A stretch of 64,000 nucleotides of DNA from Bacteroidales bacterium (GTDB lineage: Bacteria > Bacteroidota > Bacteroidia > Bacteroidales > F082): NCBI GenBank assembly GCA_021647205.1, contig JAKIVD010000021.1, positions 2,977 to 66,976 of the forward strand, given 5' to 3'. This document shows positions 8,128 through 17,298 of this stretch, piece by piece (position 1 is the stretch's first letter; every line of letters starts with the position of its first letter). Under the pieces are notes generated by a model, which saw only the letters and a program-made list of their open reading frames with translations, was not told where the DNA came from and did no database searches. The position numbers and the translations under genes were made by a program.

Positions 8128-9075
8128 TTACAGGGGGTTCATTCCCCTCATTCGTTGCGCAGTATCATCGAATTCATCTACCAGTGATTGAAGTATGGCC
8201 GCTGCCGGCCTGATGTCGTCAATCAGGCCCGAGACCTGTCCGATTTCCAGTTCGCCTTCGCTGGTGTTTCCTTCAAACATGCCCAGTTTTGCCCGGCCCC
8301 GCCCTAACAATTCTTTTAAATCATCAACTCCTGCCCCGGCACTTTCGGCCTCTTTTACGCGCTGGTAGAAGGCATTTTTTATCAACCTTACCGGCACCAG
8401 TTTTTTAAGTGTCAGTTGCGTTTCCCCGTCACCGGCGCTTAAAATGGCTTTTTTAAAATTGTCATGGGCCGACGATTCACGGCTTGCCACAAAACGGCTG
8501 CCGATTTGTACACCATCAGCACCCAGTGCCATGGCAGCATACATGGCTTCGCCCGAAGCTATTCCGCCGGCAGCAATTAATGGAATATCTGTAATTTTTC
8601 TGACCGTCGGCACCAGTACCAGGGTGGTGGTTTCATCAATCCCGTTGTGTCCACCGGCTTCAAATCCTTCAACAACAAGGGCGTCCACCCCGGCATCGAC
8701 GGACTTTTGTGCAAACATTTTATTGGCAACAACGTGTACCACAGTTATTCCGTTTTCTTTAAGAAAAGCCGTGTATTTTTTTGGATTACCGGCTGAAGTA
8801 AAAACAATTTTCACGCCTTCGCGGATGATGATTTCCATCAATTCGTCCGATTGGGGATAAAGCAAAGGCACATTTACACCAAATGGGTTTTGGGTAGCCC
8901 GCTTGCATTTTTGAATGTGTTCCTCAAGTATTTCGGGATACATGGAACCCGAACCAATCAGGCCCAGCCCGCCGGCATTGCTAACGGCAGAAGCGAGTTC
9001 CCAGCCACTGCACCAGATCATACCACCCTGGATGATGGGGTATTTGATGTTGAAAAGGGAGGTTATTCGGTTCAT
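8128..9075 (-). CDS. FMN-dependent NMO/FabK-family oxidoreductase (enoyl-ACP reductase II-like).
   Basis: YPIIQGGM, AGGLGLIG, EAGGH and IAAGGI are collinear with FabK as I remember it. Confidence 0.75.
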   Translation of the reverse strand: MNRITSLFNIKYPIIQGGMIWCSGWELASAVSNAGGLGLIGSGSMYPEILEEHIQKCKRATQNPFGVNVPLLYPQSDELMEIIIREGVKIVFTSAGNPKKYTAFLKENGITVVHVVANKMFAQKSVDAGVDALVVEGFEAGGHNGIDETTTLVLVPTVRKITDIPLIAAGGIASGEAMYAAMALGADGVQIGSRFVASRESSAHDNFKKAILSAGDGETQLTLKKLVPVRLIKNAFYQRVKEAESAGAGVDDLKELLGRGRAKLGMFEGNTSEGELEIGQVSGLIDDIRPAAAILQSLVDEFDDTAQRMRGMNPL

Positions 9076-9083
9076 AAATGATG

Positions 9084-9299
9084 TTATTTGTTGTTATTTG
9101 TGCTGTGCACGTATTTTGGTGGTTTTTCCAATTGATTTGGTGTAATTATTGAGTTTGACACCAATTGTATCGATCTTGCTAAGCATTTCATCACGATGTT
9201 CCATACCTCTTCACCCAAATCCATCGACGATTGGTAAACCCTGAATTCTTCTAATTTCATAATAGTTGATTCTGCTAATTTTTTAAAAAAACCCATCAA
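9084..9299 (-). pseudogene. Remnant of a four-helix-bundle (23S rRNA IVS protein family) gene with an internal deletion.
   Basis: The N-terminal LEEFRVYQSSMDLGEEVWNIV matches the family start. A family-like C-terminus (EMLSKIDTIGVKLNNYTKSI) is readable only in another frame. The central helices are missing. It is bracketed by a 16-nt inverted repeat at 9097..9112 and 9313..9328 (14/16 match). Confidence 0.45.
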
Positions 9300-9371
9300 T
9301 AACCGCCAAATGACGTGCGCAGGACAAATGACTATTAAATGACCATCAATGACAGGCCCCAGGCCAACTGA

Positions 9372-10031
9372 CTATTTCCCCATCACCTTCATCATCTCCT
9401 TCACCACATTATTCGCCCCGTCATCAATATCCAGAATATTGGCATCCAACATATAACAAGGGGTAGTAAACACCATTTTATCCTCATCAAAAACCACATC
9501 GCCGTGGGTGGTTTCCACATGGGTGGCGCCCATAGCTTCGATGGCATCAGCAGTTCCTTTGTCGGAACCGATGGTTACATTTACATCTTTCAGGATTTTG
9601 GCAATAAATGCCGGAGAAATACACAGGGCCCCAATGGGTTTTTTTAAAGAAATCATTTGTTTTACAGCTTTTTCAACTTCAGGGTTTACGCTGGCATTTG
9701 CTCCATCGAATGCAACGGTAGAAAGATTTTTAGCGGCACCGAAACCGCCGGGAAAAATCAGGGCGTCGAAATCGTTTCCATCAAATTCATGGAGTGGTTT
9801 AATATCACCACGGGCAATACGGGCCGATTCGATCAAAACATTGCGGCTTTCATCCATCTCTTTGCCATTGAGGTGGTTAATTACATGATGCTGCGGAATA
9901 TCGGGGGCAAAACACTGGTATGTGGCACCCTGTCGCATGATGGCCAACATGGTCAAAGTGGCTTCGTGTATCTCGGCGCCATCGTAAACGCCACATCCCG
10001 AAAGGACTACTGCAAATTTTTTCTTTTCCAT
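9372..10031 (-). CDS. elbB: DJ-1/PfpI-family glyoxalase ElbB.
   Basis: FAVVLSGCGVYDGAEIHE..., PGGFGAAKNL and ALCISP follow the typical ElbB layout. Confidence 0.85.
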   Translation of the reverse strand: MEKKKFAVVLSGCGVYDGAEIHEATLTMLAIMRQGATYQCFAPDIPQHHVINHLNGKEMDESRNVLIESARIARGDIKPLHEFDGNDFDALIFPGGFGAAKNLSTVAFDGANASVNPEVEKAVKQMISLKKPIGALCISPAFIAKILKDVNVTIGSDKGTADAIEAMGATHVETTHGDVVFDEDKMVFTTPCYMLDANILDIDDGANNVVKEMMKVMGK

Positions 10032-10090
10032 GGTATCAAGGTTTTAAATTTGGAATTGCTGTTTAAATTATTGAGAACTCCACCCGTCCG

Positions 10091-10123
10091 GATTTGTAAT
10101 CTGTAATTTTCGGATTACAAATC
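10091..10123. other. Perfect 11-bp stem-loop (GATTTGTAATC..GATTACAAATC).
   Basis: Seen directly in the sequence. It lies in the spacer between the end of the 10221 operon and the elbB promoter region. Confidence 0.5.
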
Positions 10124-10156
10124 TGAAAGAGCGGGGTTTTCATTGCACCCAAAAGT

Positions 10157-10191
10157 AAAAAAAAAGACCATCCGTCAGTTGGCGGAAGGCC
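10157..10191 (-). terminator. Likely intrinsic terminator of the ECF operon.
   Basis: On the minus strand, an imperfect GC-rich hairpin (GGCCTTCCG..CGGATGGTC, 7/9 paired) is followed by a T9 run, about 30 nt after the stop at 10221. Confidence 0.5.
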
Positions 10192-10220
10192 TTTTGTGTT
10201 TTGCACGGGGCATCATGCAA

Positions 10221-10916
10221 CTAAAACCAGCCAAATTTAAAAGTAATACTAGCGTTGAAAGCGTTTAATGCTTTGCTGTCAACAATTACTGTTTTTTCCA
10301 CGTTGTTGTTGTCGAAGTATTTGTACTGAAGGTTAATGCCGTCCGTGAACCGGTAACTGGCACCGAGGGCAATACGGAAGAACTTCACAATATTGAATTC
10401 CACCTCAAGGCCGGGCTGAAACACGAAGAAGGCATCGGTATCATAATAGTAATTATCATAATAGTAACCGCCGCCGTGGTTGTACCCGTCCCAGCTTCCC
10501 GGAGGGGCAGCCGTTACTCCCCCTGCCCCGAAAATAATGGGAAAAGAAACGTGAACAGGTTTCATCGGCATCAGAATCGGCTCGATAAGGAGTCCACCGT
10601 AGCCACCGGCCAGAAAATACTCCTCGGGCCGGTAGGAGTTTCCATTGTAAAAATCATTAAAAAAACCGCTACCGGCCAGTCCGAACGCAAGGTAGTGGTT
10701 GGCAATCCATGCTGCCCGCCCGCCAAGCAGGATAGCCCCCTGTCCGTTAATTTGTGTCCATCCAATGGAAAAGGCACCGTAACCGCCATTGGCGATTTTC
10801 TGGTGACCGTCTTTCGGGTGAAAGAGCAGCTTCATTTCTTCTTTGCCTTCCTGCGCCAGCAGAAAAGTAAATGAAAAAAAGGCAAGCAGTAAAGTAAAAA
10901 TCGTTTTTGTTTTCAT
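10221..10916 (-). CDS. Secreted Gly/Tyr-rich beta-barrel-like outer membrane protein.
   Basis: The start is set at the internal MKTKTIFTLLLAFFSFTFLLA|QEG signal peptide. Alternating aromatic/Gly strands end in FKFGWF. Confidence 0.55.
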   Translation of the reverse strand: MKTKTIFTLLLAFFSFTFLLAQEGKEEMKLLFHPKDGHQKIANGGYGAFSIGWTQINGQGAILLGGRAAWIANHYLAFGLAGSGFFNDFYNGNSYRPEEYFLAGGYGGLLIEPILMPMKPVHVSFPIIFGAGGVTAAPPGSWDGYNHGGGYYYDNYYYDTDAFFVFQPGLEVEFNIVKFFRIALGASYRFTDGINLQYKYFDNNNVEKTVIVDSKALNAFNASITFKFGWF

Positions 10917-10932
10917 GATGATAATATTTAAG

Positions 10933-11451
10933 TTAATTGTTTTTAAACCTGTAGGCAATGCCAAATCCAAAGTCCCAAAAATTGACCTTTACCATTTGAA
11001 ACGATTGGAGTTCCAGATAGGGTTTCAACTCGACGGACAAAGTAATGGGGACTTTATGAAAAGTGTAATCGGTGCCAAATACGGCATCAATTCCGATAAC
11101 CGGGCCGGCGATGCGATACTCTTCCCGGTAGTATCCGGCAGTATTGCTCCAGCGCCGTACTGTTTCGTAACCATTGATGAACCCCACATGTCCGCCCCCG
11201 CCAAAATACATCATCCAGTTTACCGTATTGGTTTTGATTAGTGGATGATAGGCTTCAAGGAGTCCGATCAACTGTATCCCGCCGTTCCGAAAACCAAGAG
11301 TGCCCTCAATGGCTGTGCGGTTGTCCTTGATGACTTTTCCTGAAATCCCCGAGGTAAGGCCCATTCGTAACCCGACTTGTTTTTCGTAAACCTGTGCGGA
11401 CAATCCGAACGTAAACAGGAAAGCCGTGAGTAGGATAAGAGATGTTTTCAT
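10933..11451 (-). CDS. Small outer-membrane beta-barrel protein.
   Basis: The signal peptide is MKTSLILLTAFLFTFGLSA|QV. The C-terminal IAYRFKNN has an aromatic near the terminus. Confidence 0.55.
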   Translation of the reverse strand: MKTSLILLTAFLFTFGLSAQVYEKQVGLRMGLTSGISGKVIKDNRTAIEGTLGFRNGGIQLIGLLEAYHPLIKTNTVNWMMYFGGGGHVGFINGYETVRRWSNTAGYYREEYRIAGPVIGIDAVFGTDYTFHKVPITLSVELKPYLELQSFQMVKVNFWDFGFGIAYRFKNN

Positions 11452-11469
11452 AAAACAGTATTGCAGATT

Positions 11470-12240
11470 TTATTGTTTGATGACAGAACCGGAGCCTGTT
11501 ATTTTAACGCTCAACTGTGGATCGCCAATGTAAAAAACAGAACCGCTTCCCGAGATGGCTACATCAAGGTAATGGCTTACGTTGAGGTACATATTTCCCG
11601 AACCGCTGATTTTTGCGTAACACTCTTTCTGTGGAAAATTATAGGCATTAATATTGCCCGATCCGCTGATGGTGTGTGTGCCGTTCTCTGATTCACCGCT
11701 TAAATCAAGGGTTCCCGTACCACTGATTTTCGTAACAATTCCTGTGGTATGCGCCTCCAGAAAAATAGTGCCCGATCCGCTGATAAATGCGTTTACCGTG
11801 TTGGTATTTACCATGCCTGTAATGTCACCCGATCCGCTTATTTCCACCTGAAGATGGTTACTGTTCAGGCTGTCCAGGTTCATGTAACCCGAACCTTTTA
11901 AATAAACACCCTTAACAATCGGGGATTTAACATAAACATTCATCGGCCAGTGGCTGTTCATGTTTTCCCTTGTTTCAATAATTAAAGTGTTCCCGTTTAC
12001 CCGTGTGCGGATGTAAGGAATGAGGTTTGATTCGGCCTCGACAACAACCTGGTAAATTGAATCGTGCATGATGTAAACATTGAACGGGCCTTCGTTCACG
12101 ATATTTTCAAAAGAGACCATTTGCCGTGTTTCAGTTTCGACCTGCTTGTTGCCGTTAATAGCAAAAGGTTTGCGGCAGGCCGAAGACCACAGTAAAACAA
12201 AGCCCATTGCCACTGCAAGTATGATTGAATTCGGTTTCAT
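11470..12240 (-). CDS. Head GIN domain / DUF2807 putative adhesin lipoprotein.
   Basis: The lipobox-like sequence is LLWSSAC. ISGSG[DTN]I beta-helix repeats recur. Confidence 0.75.
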   Translation of the reverse strand: MKPNSIILAVAMGFVLLWSSACRKPFAINGNKQVETETRQMVSFENIVNEGPFNVYIMHDSIYQVVVEAESNLIPYIRTRVNGNTLIIETRENMNSHWPMNVYVKSPIVKGVYLKGSGYMNLDSLNSNHLQVEISGSGDITGMVNTNTVNAFISGSGTIFLEAHTTGIVTKISGTGTLDLSGESENGTHTISGSGNINAYNFPQKECYAKISGSGNMYLNVSHYLDVAISGSGSVFYIGDPQLSVKITGSGSVIKQ

Positions 12241-12343
12241 ATTTTTTCTGTTGATTATTCAGTTTTAAGTATTCGGTATAAAAAGACAGGTGAATTTGAT
12301 GAGTGTTGCAAAATCAAATAAATATTATTGAATTTCTTTTCGG

Positions 12344-13447
12344 TTATTTAAGTTTTAGGGACAAGCTTCCGGCGCGGCTGTCAATCGTTAACGGAATCAA
12401 CTGCTGCTTGTTGTCGCCAATCACACAATTCACACCAATCAGTTTTTCTGCCCCTTCAATATCGTTGCTCTTAATGTTGTTGATGCCTGAAGAATAGGAA
12501 ACTTCGGTTTGTCCGTCCACAACAATTTCCAGGTTATATTGATTGTCACCGGTAAAATGAAGGCTTACATCGGTATTGATTGTTTTGAGGTTGAAGGTTT
12601 GCAGCTCATCCGAAAACCGCATGATTTCCACATCACCGTATTTGGTGCTGAAATCGAGAAGTTCTGCTATTTGTTCTATTTCGATGCGTGAAAAATAGGC
12701 TGTTCCCCTGACGGTATTCAGGCTTTCAATAAAATATTTGTCCCGTTTTGAGTCCATTTGCAACTCGCCAACCTCATTGAAACGGAAAATTGATGACTTG
12801 CTTTCAATTTTCAGCGTTGTTCCCGCTTCCAAGTCAAACTCACCATAACTGATGTTGAGTCTTCCGTCCTCAATTTTTTTGATGTCGGTGTTAGCAAATT
12901 CGGTTTTGATGGTGGTGTTGCCCGATAAATGATGTGCTTTCAAATCACCGTTCGACAATTCAATACTGACTTTCCCCGTGTGGTCGGTCGTGTAGATATT
13001 GCCGTATTTGTTCACCACTTTCAGGGATGCCCCGGCCGGCAGGTAAACCGTGTAATTGATTTTCGTTTTTGTGCTGCCGCTAAAGACTGTCCCCGTCAGA
13101 TCTGACACATCGTTCCAAAAACTGTTTCCCTCAAAAACAGTCTGGGCAATGACGTAATACTTTGTTGATTGAAATTCGAAATCAATAAAATTGAAAGTCT
13201 TGTCAACCTTCGATTGTTTGGTGCCTTTTACCATTAATTCAATCTCAAAGCGGACAGAGTCTTTTTCCCAGGGAACCAGGTGAATGTTCCCGTATTTGTT
13301 GGATATTTCGATCTCTGTATCGCTACCAACGGGAAAAGATTTGTTCAGCTTTTTGCTTTTTTCGATGGTTTGCCCAAACACCGAAATACCGGAAAGCACA
13401 CCGAAAAAAAGCGCCAGACTAACTACTAAGCTGTATTGCTTCATCAT
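12344..13447 (-). CDS. DUF4097-like beta-strand repeat protein (putative adhesin).
   Basis: The signal peptide ends in G|QT. KYGNIHL / KYGNIYT / KYGDVEI motifs recur. Confidence 0.6.
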   Translation of the reverse strand: MMKQYSLVVSLALFFGVLSGISVFGQTIEKSKKLNKSFPVGSDTEIEISNKYGNIHLVPWEKDSVRFEIELMVKGTKQSKVDKTFNFIDFEFQSTKYYVIAQTVFEGNSFWNDVSDLTGTVFSGSTKTKINYTVYLPAGASLKVVNKYGNIYTTDHTGKVSIELSNGDLKAHHLSGNTTIKTEFANTDIKKIEDGRLNISYGEFDLEAGTTLKIESKSSIFRFNEVGELQMDSKRDKYFIESLNTVRGTAYFSRIEIEQIAELLDFSTKYGDVEIMRFSDELQTFNLKTINTDVSLHFTGDNQYNLEIVVDGQTEVSYSSGINNIKSNDIEGAEKLIGVNCVIGDNKQQLIPLTIDSRAGSLSLKLK

Positions 13448-13991
13448 TTTTATTTTTATTGTCTGTTGATTTCAATTGGTACAAAATGTCTTTTAGTATT
13501 TCCAGTTTGATACGGTAGTTTTGAATCATGGCCACAATAACTTCTTCGTTGTCAGCATTGTCGTTGAGGTCATTTTTCAGTTCCCGGAACACTTTGTCCA
13601 GGTCAAGCAGTTCGGCATTGATTTCGTTGCGCAGCCGGTGGTTGTTGCTGGTTAATTGAAAAACGGCTGCTTTGGTTTCGTCAATTTGCGAAGTGTAATA
13701 AAATTCAGCTTCCATTAACTCCTGGTACATGGGGTTTTGCCGATTATTTTCAACTTCGCTGGCAAGTTTGTTTTGCCGGGAATACCGGTTTTGTACAAAA
13801 TCATGAAAATAGTACGACGAGATGAAAATGACCACCACGGCAGCGGCCCGTAACCCAATGGTTTTCCAGTTCAGTTGGATGGTTTTCGGTTTTCTGGTTT
13901 CAACCTTATCCCACAAAGCGGGATTCGGTATCAGCTCATCAAATTCATCCTTGTTTTCGATGATGTATTGTTCCAGTTTATCCCTTTTCAT
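13419..13991 (-). CDS. Putative single-pass anti-sigma factor.
   Basis: Its start overlaps the sigma-factor stop by 4 nt. It has one TM segment (LRAAAVVVIFISSYYF) and a coiled C-terminal part. Confidence 0.5.
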   Translation of the reverse strand: MKRDKLEQYIIENKDEFDELIPNPALWDKVETRKPKTIQLNWKTIGLRAAAVVVIFISSYYFHDFVQNRYSRQNKLASEVENNRQNPMYQELMEAEFYYTSQIDETKAAVFQLTSNNHRLRNEINAELLDLDKVFRELKNDLNDNADNEEVIVAMIQNYRIKLEILKDILYQLKSTDNKNKNDEAIQLSS

Positions 13992-14527
13992 ATTTTTCCT
14001 CCTTCTAAAATTTTTTTAATTTTTCTTTTGGCCCGCATGTATTGCGATTTTGAATTGGACTCGCTCACATCCAGAATTTGGGCAATTTCCCTGTGGTCGT
14101 AGCCTTCCAGCAGGTACAGCGAAAAAATCATCCTGCTGCCGTTGGGCAGTTGATGCATAGCCTGTTTGATGCTTTTCACATCCATTTCAACAGTTTTTTC
14201 GTCTTCTGACGGAGTCTTTCCAAAGGGTGACATATCTTCAAAAAACTGGAGATCGGCTTTTTTTCTCTTTATTTCGTTGATACATTTGTTCACCACTATT
14301 CTTTTTAACCATGCCCCGAAAGTTGATTCGTACCTGAAGGTGTCCAGTTTCCGAAATGCTTCCGAAAACGATTCCTGCAGCATGTCCTCAGCGGTTTCGC
14401 GGTTGTTCATCATCCGGTAGCAGGTGTTCAGCATGGCTTTTGCATACAAATTATACAATTCGTACTGCGCCCTGGCATGGCCACGCTTGCTCTGTTCAAT
14501 GATGTCTTTGTGAATGTCTAACTGCAC
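13988..14527 (-). CDS. ECF-type RNA polymerase sigma-70 factor.
   Basis: Region 2 is AEDMLQESFSEAFRKLDTFR..FGAWLKRIVVNKCI. Region 4 is SRMIFSLYLLEGYDHREIAQILDVSESNSKSQYMRAKRKI. Confidence 0.85.
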   Translation of the reverse strand: MQLDIHKDIIEQSKRGHARAQYELYNLYAKAMLNTCYRMMNNRETAEDMLQESFSEAFRKLDTFRYESTFGAWLKRIVVNKCINEIKRKKADLQFFEDMSPFGKTPSEDEKTVEMDVKSIKQAMHQLPNGSRMIFSLYLLEGYDHREIAQILDVSESNSKSQYMRAKRKIKKILEGGKI

Positions 14528-14617
14528 AGCTGCTACAATGTCAATTTCTTTCGTGCAATATTAACGACAATCAAATTAGCAAAGGGTCGCAATGGGGGAG
14601 AAATGTTTTCTGCTGAA

Positions 14618-14652
14618 AGGCCTTCCAGCGTGCAAAGCTCCAGGAAGAGTCT
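14618..14652. repeat. REP-like palindromic element, family A, copy 3 (inverted orientation).
   Basis: Its reverse complement AGACTCTTCCTGGAGCTTTGCACGCTGGAAGGCCT aligns with copy 1 with a few mismatches. It lies in a divergent promoter spacer. Confidence 0.6.
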
Positions 14653-14699
14653 TGTTTACGCATGAAAAATTTAAAACCTACCTTTGTCAAAAAGGAATC

Positions 14700-15107
14700 A
14701 TGCAAATAACAATCACTCTGTCAACCGGCAAGCGGGAAGGCCTTTACGATATCACAAGTGAGGTAGAACAATTTGTGAGGCAATCAGGAATTAAAACAGG
14801 ACTGGTGATTATCTACGCCCAGGGTGCCACCGCTGCCATCATGATACAGGAAAACTGGGACGATTCTGTACAAATGGATGTGCTCCATCTTCTACAAAAA
14901 ATAATTCCCCGTGGAGTCTGGCTTCACGATGCACAGGATGGAAACGGGGATTCCCACCTGAAAGCAGGTTTGGTAGGTCCTTCAGAAACCATCCCGGTTA
15001 TCAATGGAAGATTGGGGCTTTCCACCTGGCAGAATATTTTCTTTTGTGAGTTTGACGGTCCCCGCAACAGTCGCCCCGTTGTGCTTAGCCTTGTTAAAAC
15101 ACAATAA
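14700..15107 (+). CDS. YjbQ/UPF0047 family protein (secondary thiamine-phosphate synthase-like).
   Basis: Starts at MQITITLST. GLYDITSEV, NGDSHLKA and QNIFFCEFDGPR are typical of the family. The track's upstream extension reads through REP copy 3. Confidence 0.8.
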   Translation: MQITITLSTGKREGLYDITSEVEQFVRQSGIKTGLVIIYAQGATAAIMIQENWDDSVQMDVLHLLQKIIPRGVWLHDAQDGNGDSHLKAGLVGPSETIPVINGRLGLSTWQNIFFCEFDGPRNSRPVVLSLVKTQ

Positions 15108-15226
15108 AGTTTTCTCCTGTTCAAGTTTGTTAAATTTAATGGTATCATCTTTTAATTTAAACATTTAACTTATTTTAGCACCCGATAATCAAGAACCCAA
15201 ACTTTAATTTTTAACACTTAAAACCT

Positions 15227-17068
15227 ATGAAAAAAGTTTACTTATCAATTGTTTTTAGCCTGCTGGCCGTAATTGGACTGCAAGCGCAAACCACTAATTT
15301 CAGCGATGATTTTGAAAGTTATACCGTAGGCGGAAAACTGGCTGACCAGGCCGGTGACCCCTGGACAACCTGGAGCAATGCCCCCGGTGGGACGGAAGAC
15401 CCGGTAATCTCAGATTTACAGGCGTATGCCGGAAGCAACAGCGCCCGCGTGCAATCAGGCAATGATTGTGTGCTTTTGCTCGGTGATTCTGTTACAGGGC
15501 GCTATAAAGTGAGTTTTTATATGTTCATCCCTTCCGGAAAACTCGGATATTATAATTTGCTGGCTGATTTTGCCGGTTCGAATAGTGAATGGGGTACACA
15601 AACCTTTTTTGATGCCGGTGGCAGTGGTTCTATCGATGCAGGTGTGCAGGGTGCTGCTACATTTACCTTTGCTTACGACCATTGGTTCCTCATTGAAAAC
15701 TATGTTGACCTGGACAACGACTGGGCAGAAATTTTTATCGGGGGAGATTATATGGTTGGCTGGCAATGGACACTGGGAACTTTTGGTAACGGCGTTTCCA
15801 ATAAATTATCGGCGGCCAATTTCTATGCCTGGGACGGAAGCAAATCTCCACAGGGCACACCGGAATTTTTCTTAGATGAGATGCTTTACGAATCAATGCC
15901 CTTAGGTGATGCACCAACAAACCTGACTGCCGATGTTGACTACATGACTGTTTCGCTGGCATGGGATGCGCCTGCCGAAGGGACTCCCGATTCGTATTAT
16001 GTTTTCCGCGATGGGGAATTACTCTCAATCCAATCAGAAGTAACTTATCAGGATACCCTCGAACAACCAGGGACCTACACCTACAAGGTACAGGCATTTT
16101 ATGCTGCCAACGGACTTTCGCAACCTGCCGGACCGGTAGATGCTGAGATTGCCGGAGGTACCGACCGCAACCTTGTACTGGTTGAAATCGGAACAGGTGC
16201 CTGGTGTCAGTTTTGCCCGGGCTCGGCCATGGGTGCTGATGACCTGGTTGAGGAAGGCCATCCGGTAGCTGTAATTGAATATCACAATGGCGATGAGTTT
16301 GAAACCACACAATCCATGGACAGGATTGGCTACTATAACCTGAGTGGCTACCCTACCGCCTGGTTCGATGGTGGCAACGCTGTAGCCGGTGGTAGCCAAA
16401 CCGAAAGTATGTACCCGACTTATGCGCCGATTGTGGACAACCGTGAAACAGACCCTTCCTGGTTTGAACTGGAACTGGATGTTGAGGTAGCAGCCCGTGC
16501 AACCGATTTTGACGTGAGCGTAACGGCCACAAAAATTTACGACTACCAGGGAACAAACATGAGTATCTTTCTTGTGCTTACTGAATCAAATATTCCCAGA
16601 AACTGGTTCGGGATGACCGAAATGGATTACGTTTGCCGCGAAATGTACCCCGGATCGGATGGTACACCCACTACTTTCGAACTGGATGTCCCTGTTGCCA
16701 TTGACTATTCAGTAAGCGTACCCTACGAACTGAGCAATTGTGAACTGGTTGCCTTTGTGCAGGATGTCGATACCAAAGAGGTCATGCAATCTACAAAAGT
16801 TAACCTCGGACAGGTTGTGGGCATGGAAGAAATGGGAGAGCAGTACACCCGTATTTATCCCAATCCTGCTTCTGATATTGTTGTTGTTGAAACAGCCAGC
16901 GCAATGAAACATATTCGTATTTATAATATCAGCGGACAACAGGTTTATGAACTTTCGCTCGACCAAAACAAAGTTGATTTGAATATTGATTTCCTGAATC
17001 CGGGAATGTATTTGGTTGAACTGGAAACGGAAAACGGAAGCAGCATGCAAAAGCTGACTGTTCGGTAG
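15227..17068 (+). CDS. T9SS-secreted Omp28-related / thioredoxin-fold-like protein with an FN3-like domain.
   Basis: The signal peptide is ...GLQA|QT. There is a CxxC motif (GAWCQFCPG). The T9SS C-terminal domain is RIYPNPASDIVVVE...GMYLVELETENGSSMQKLTVR. Confidence 0.7.
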   Translation: MKKVYLSIVFSLLAVIGLQAQTTNFSDDFESYTVGGKLADQAGDPWTTWSNAPGGTEDPVISDLQAYAGSNSARVQSGNDCVLLLGDSVTGRYKVSFYMFIPSGKLGYYNLLADFAGSNSEWGTQTFFDAGGSGSIDAGVQGAATFTFAYDHWFLIENYVDLDNDWAEIFIGGDYMVGWQWTLGTFGNGVSNKLSAANFYAWDGSKSPQGTPEFFLDEMLYESMPLGDAPTNLTADVDYMTVSLAWDAPAEGTPDSYYVFRDGELLSIQSEVTYQDTLEQPGTYTYKVQAFYAANGLSQPAGPVDAEIAGGTDRNLVLVEIGTGAWCQFCPGSAMGADDLVEEGHPVAVIEYHNGDEFETTQSMDRIGYYNLSGYPTAWFDGGNAVAGGSQTESMYPTYAPIVDNRETDPSWFELELDVEVAARATDFDVSVTATKIYDYQGTNMSIFLVLTESNIPRNWFGMTEMDYVCREMYPGSDGTPTTFELDVPVAIDYSVSVPYELSNCELVAFVQDVDTKEVMQSTKVNLGQVVGMEEMGEQYTRIYPNPASDIVVVETASAMKHIRIYNISGQQVYELSLDQNKVDLNIDFLNPGMYLVELETENGSSMQKLTVR

Positions 17069-17087
17069 TTTTTTAACATATTGCTTT

Positions 17088-17130
17088 CAAAGCCCCCTTT
17101 CTTTTTTGAGTGGGGGCTTTGTTGGTTTTG
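17088..17130 (+). terminator. Intrinsic terminator of 15227..17068.
   Basis: The stem CAAAGCCCCC..GGGGGCTTTG is followed by a T-rich tract. Confidence 0.7.
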
Positions 17131-17193
17131 CGCAGGCATTGAAATGAGAACGGGTCGAATTGGGTTAGATAATAAATCCAACGGCTCATTGGG

Positions 17194-17234
17194 TCGGGAT
17201 TACGCCAAAGGCATCCCTTTGGGGCAAATCCCGA
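17194..17234. other. Nested hairpin element (8-bp outer stem TCGGGATT/AATCCCGA, 7-bp inner stem CCAAAGG/CCTTTGG).
   Basis: Seen directly in the sequence. It lies in the convergent spacer between two separate terminators. Confidence 0.4.
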
Positions 17235-17255
17235 ACGGCGGAAGCTAATCTTACA

Positions 17256-17290
17256 AACCCGACGGGTTGGAAAAAACCCGTCGGGTCACT
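17256..17290 (-). terminator. Likely terminator of the thiolase-like gene.
   Basis: ACCCGACGGGT..ACCCGTCGGGT forms a stem, followed by TTTGT on the minus strand, directly after the stop at 17299. Confidence 0.6.
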
Positions 17291-17298
17291 AATAAAAT

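Noticed and set aside
14592-14699. The N-terminal extension of yjbQ (MGEKCFLLKGLPACKAPGRV...). The GTG extension of the DUF1214-like gene at 5062..5112 is analogous.
   Set aside because: The extensions are translations of REP family A copies. The conserved protein starts at the internal ATG.
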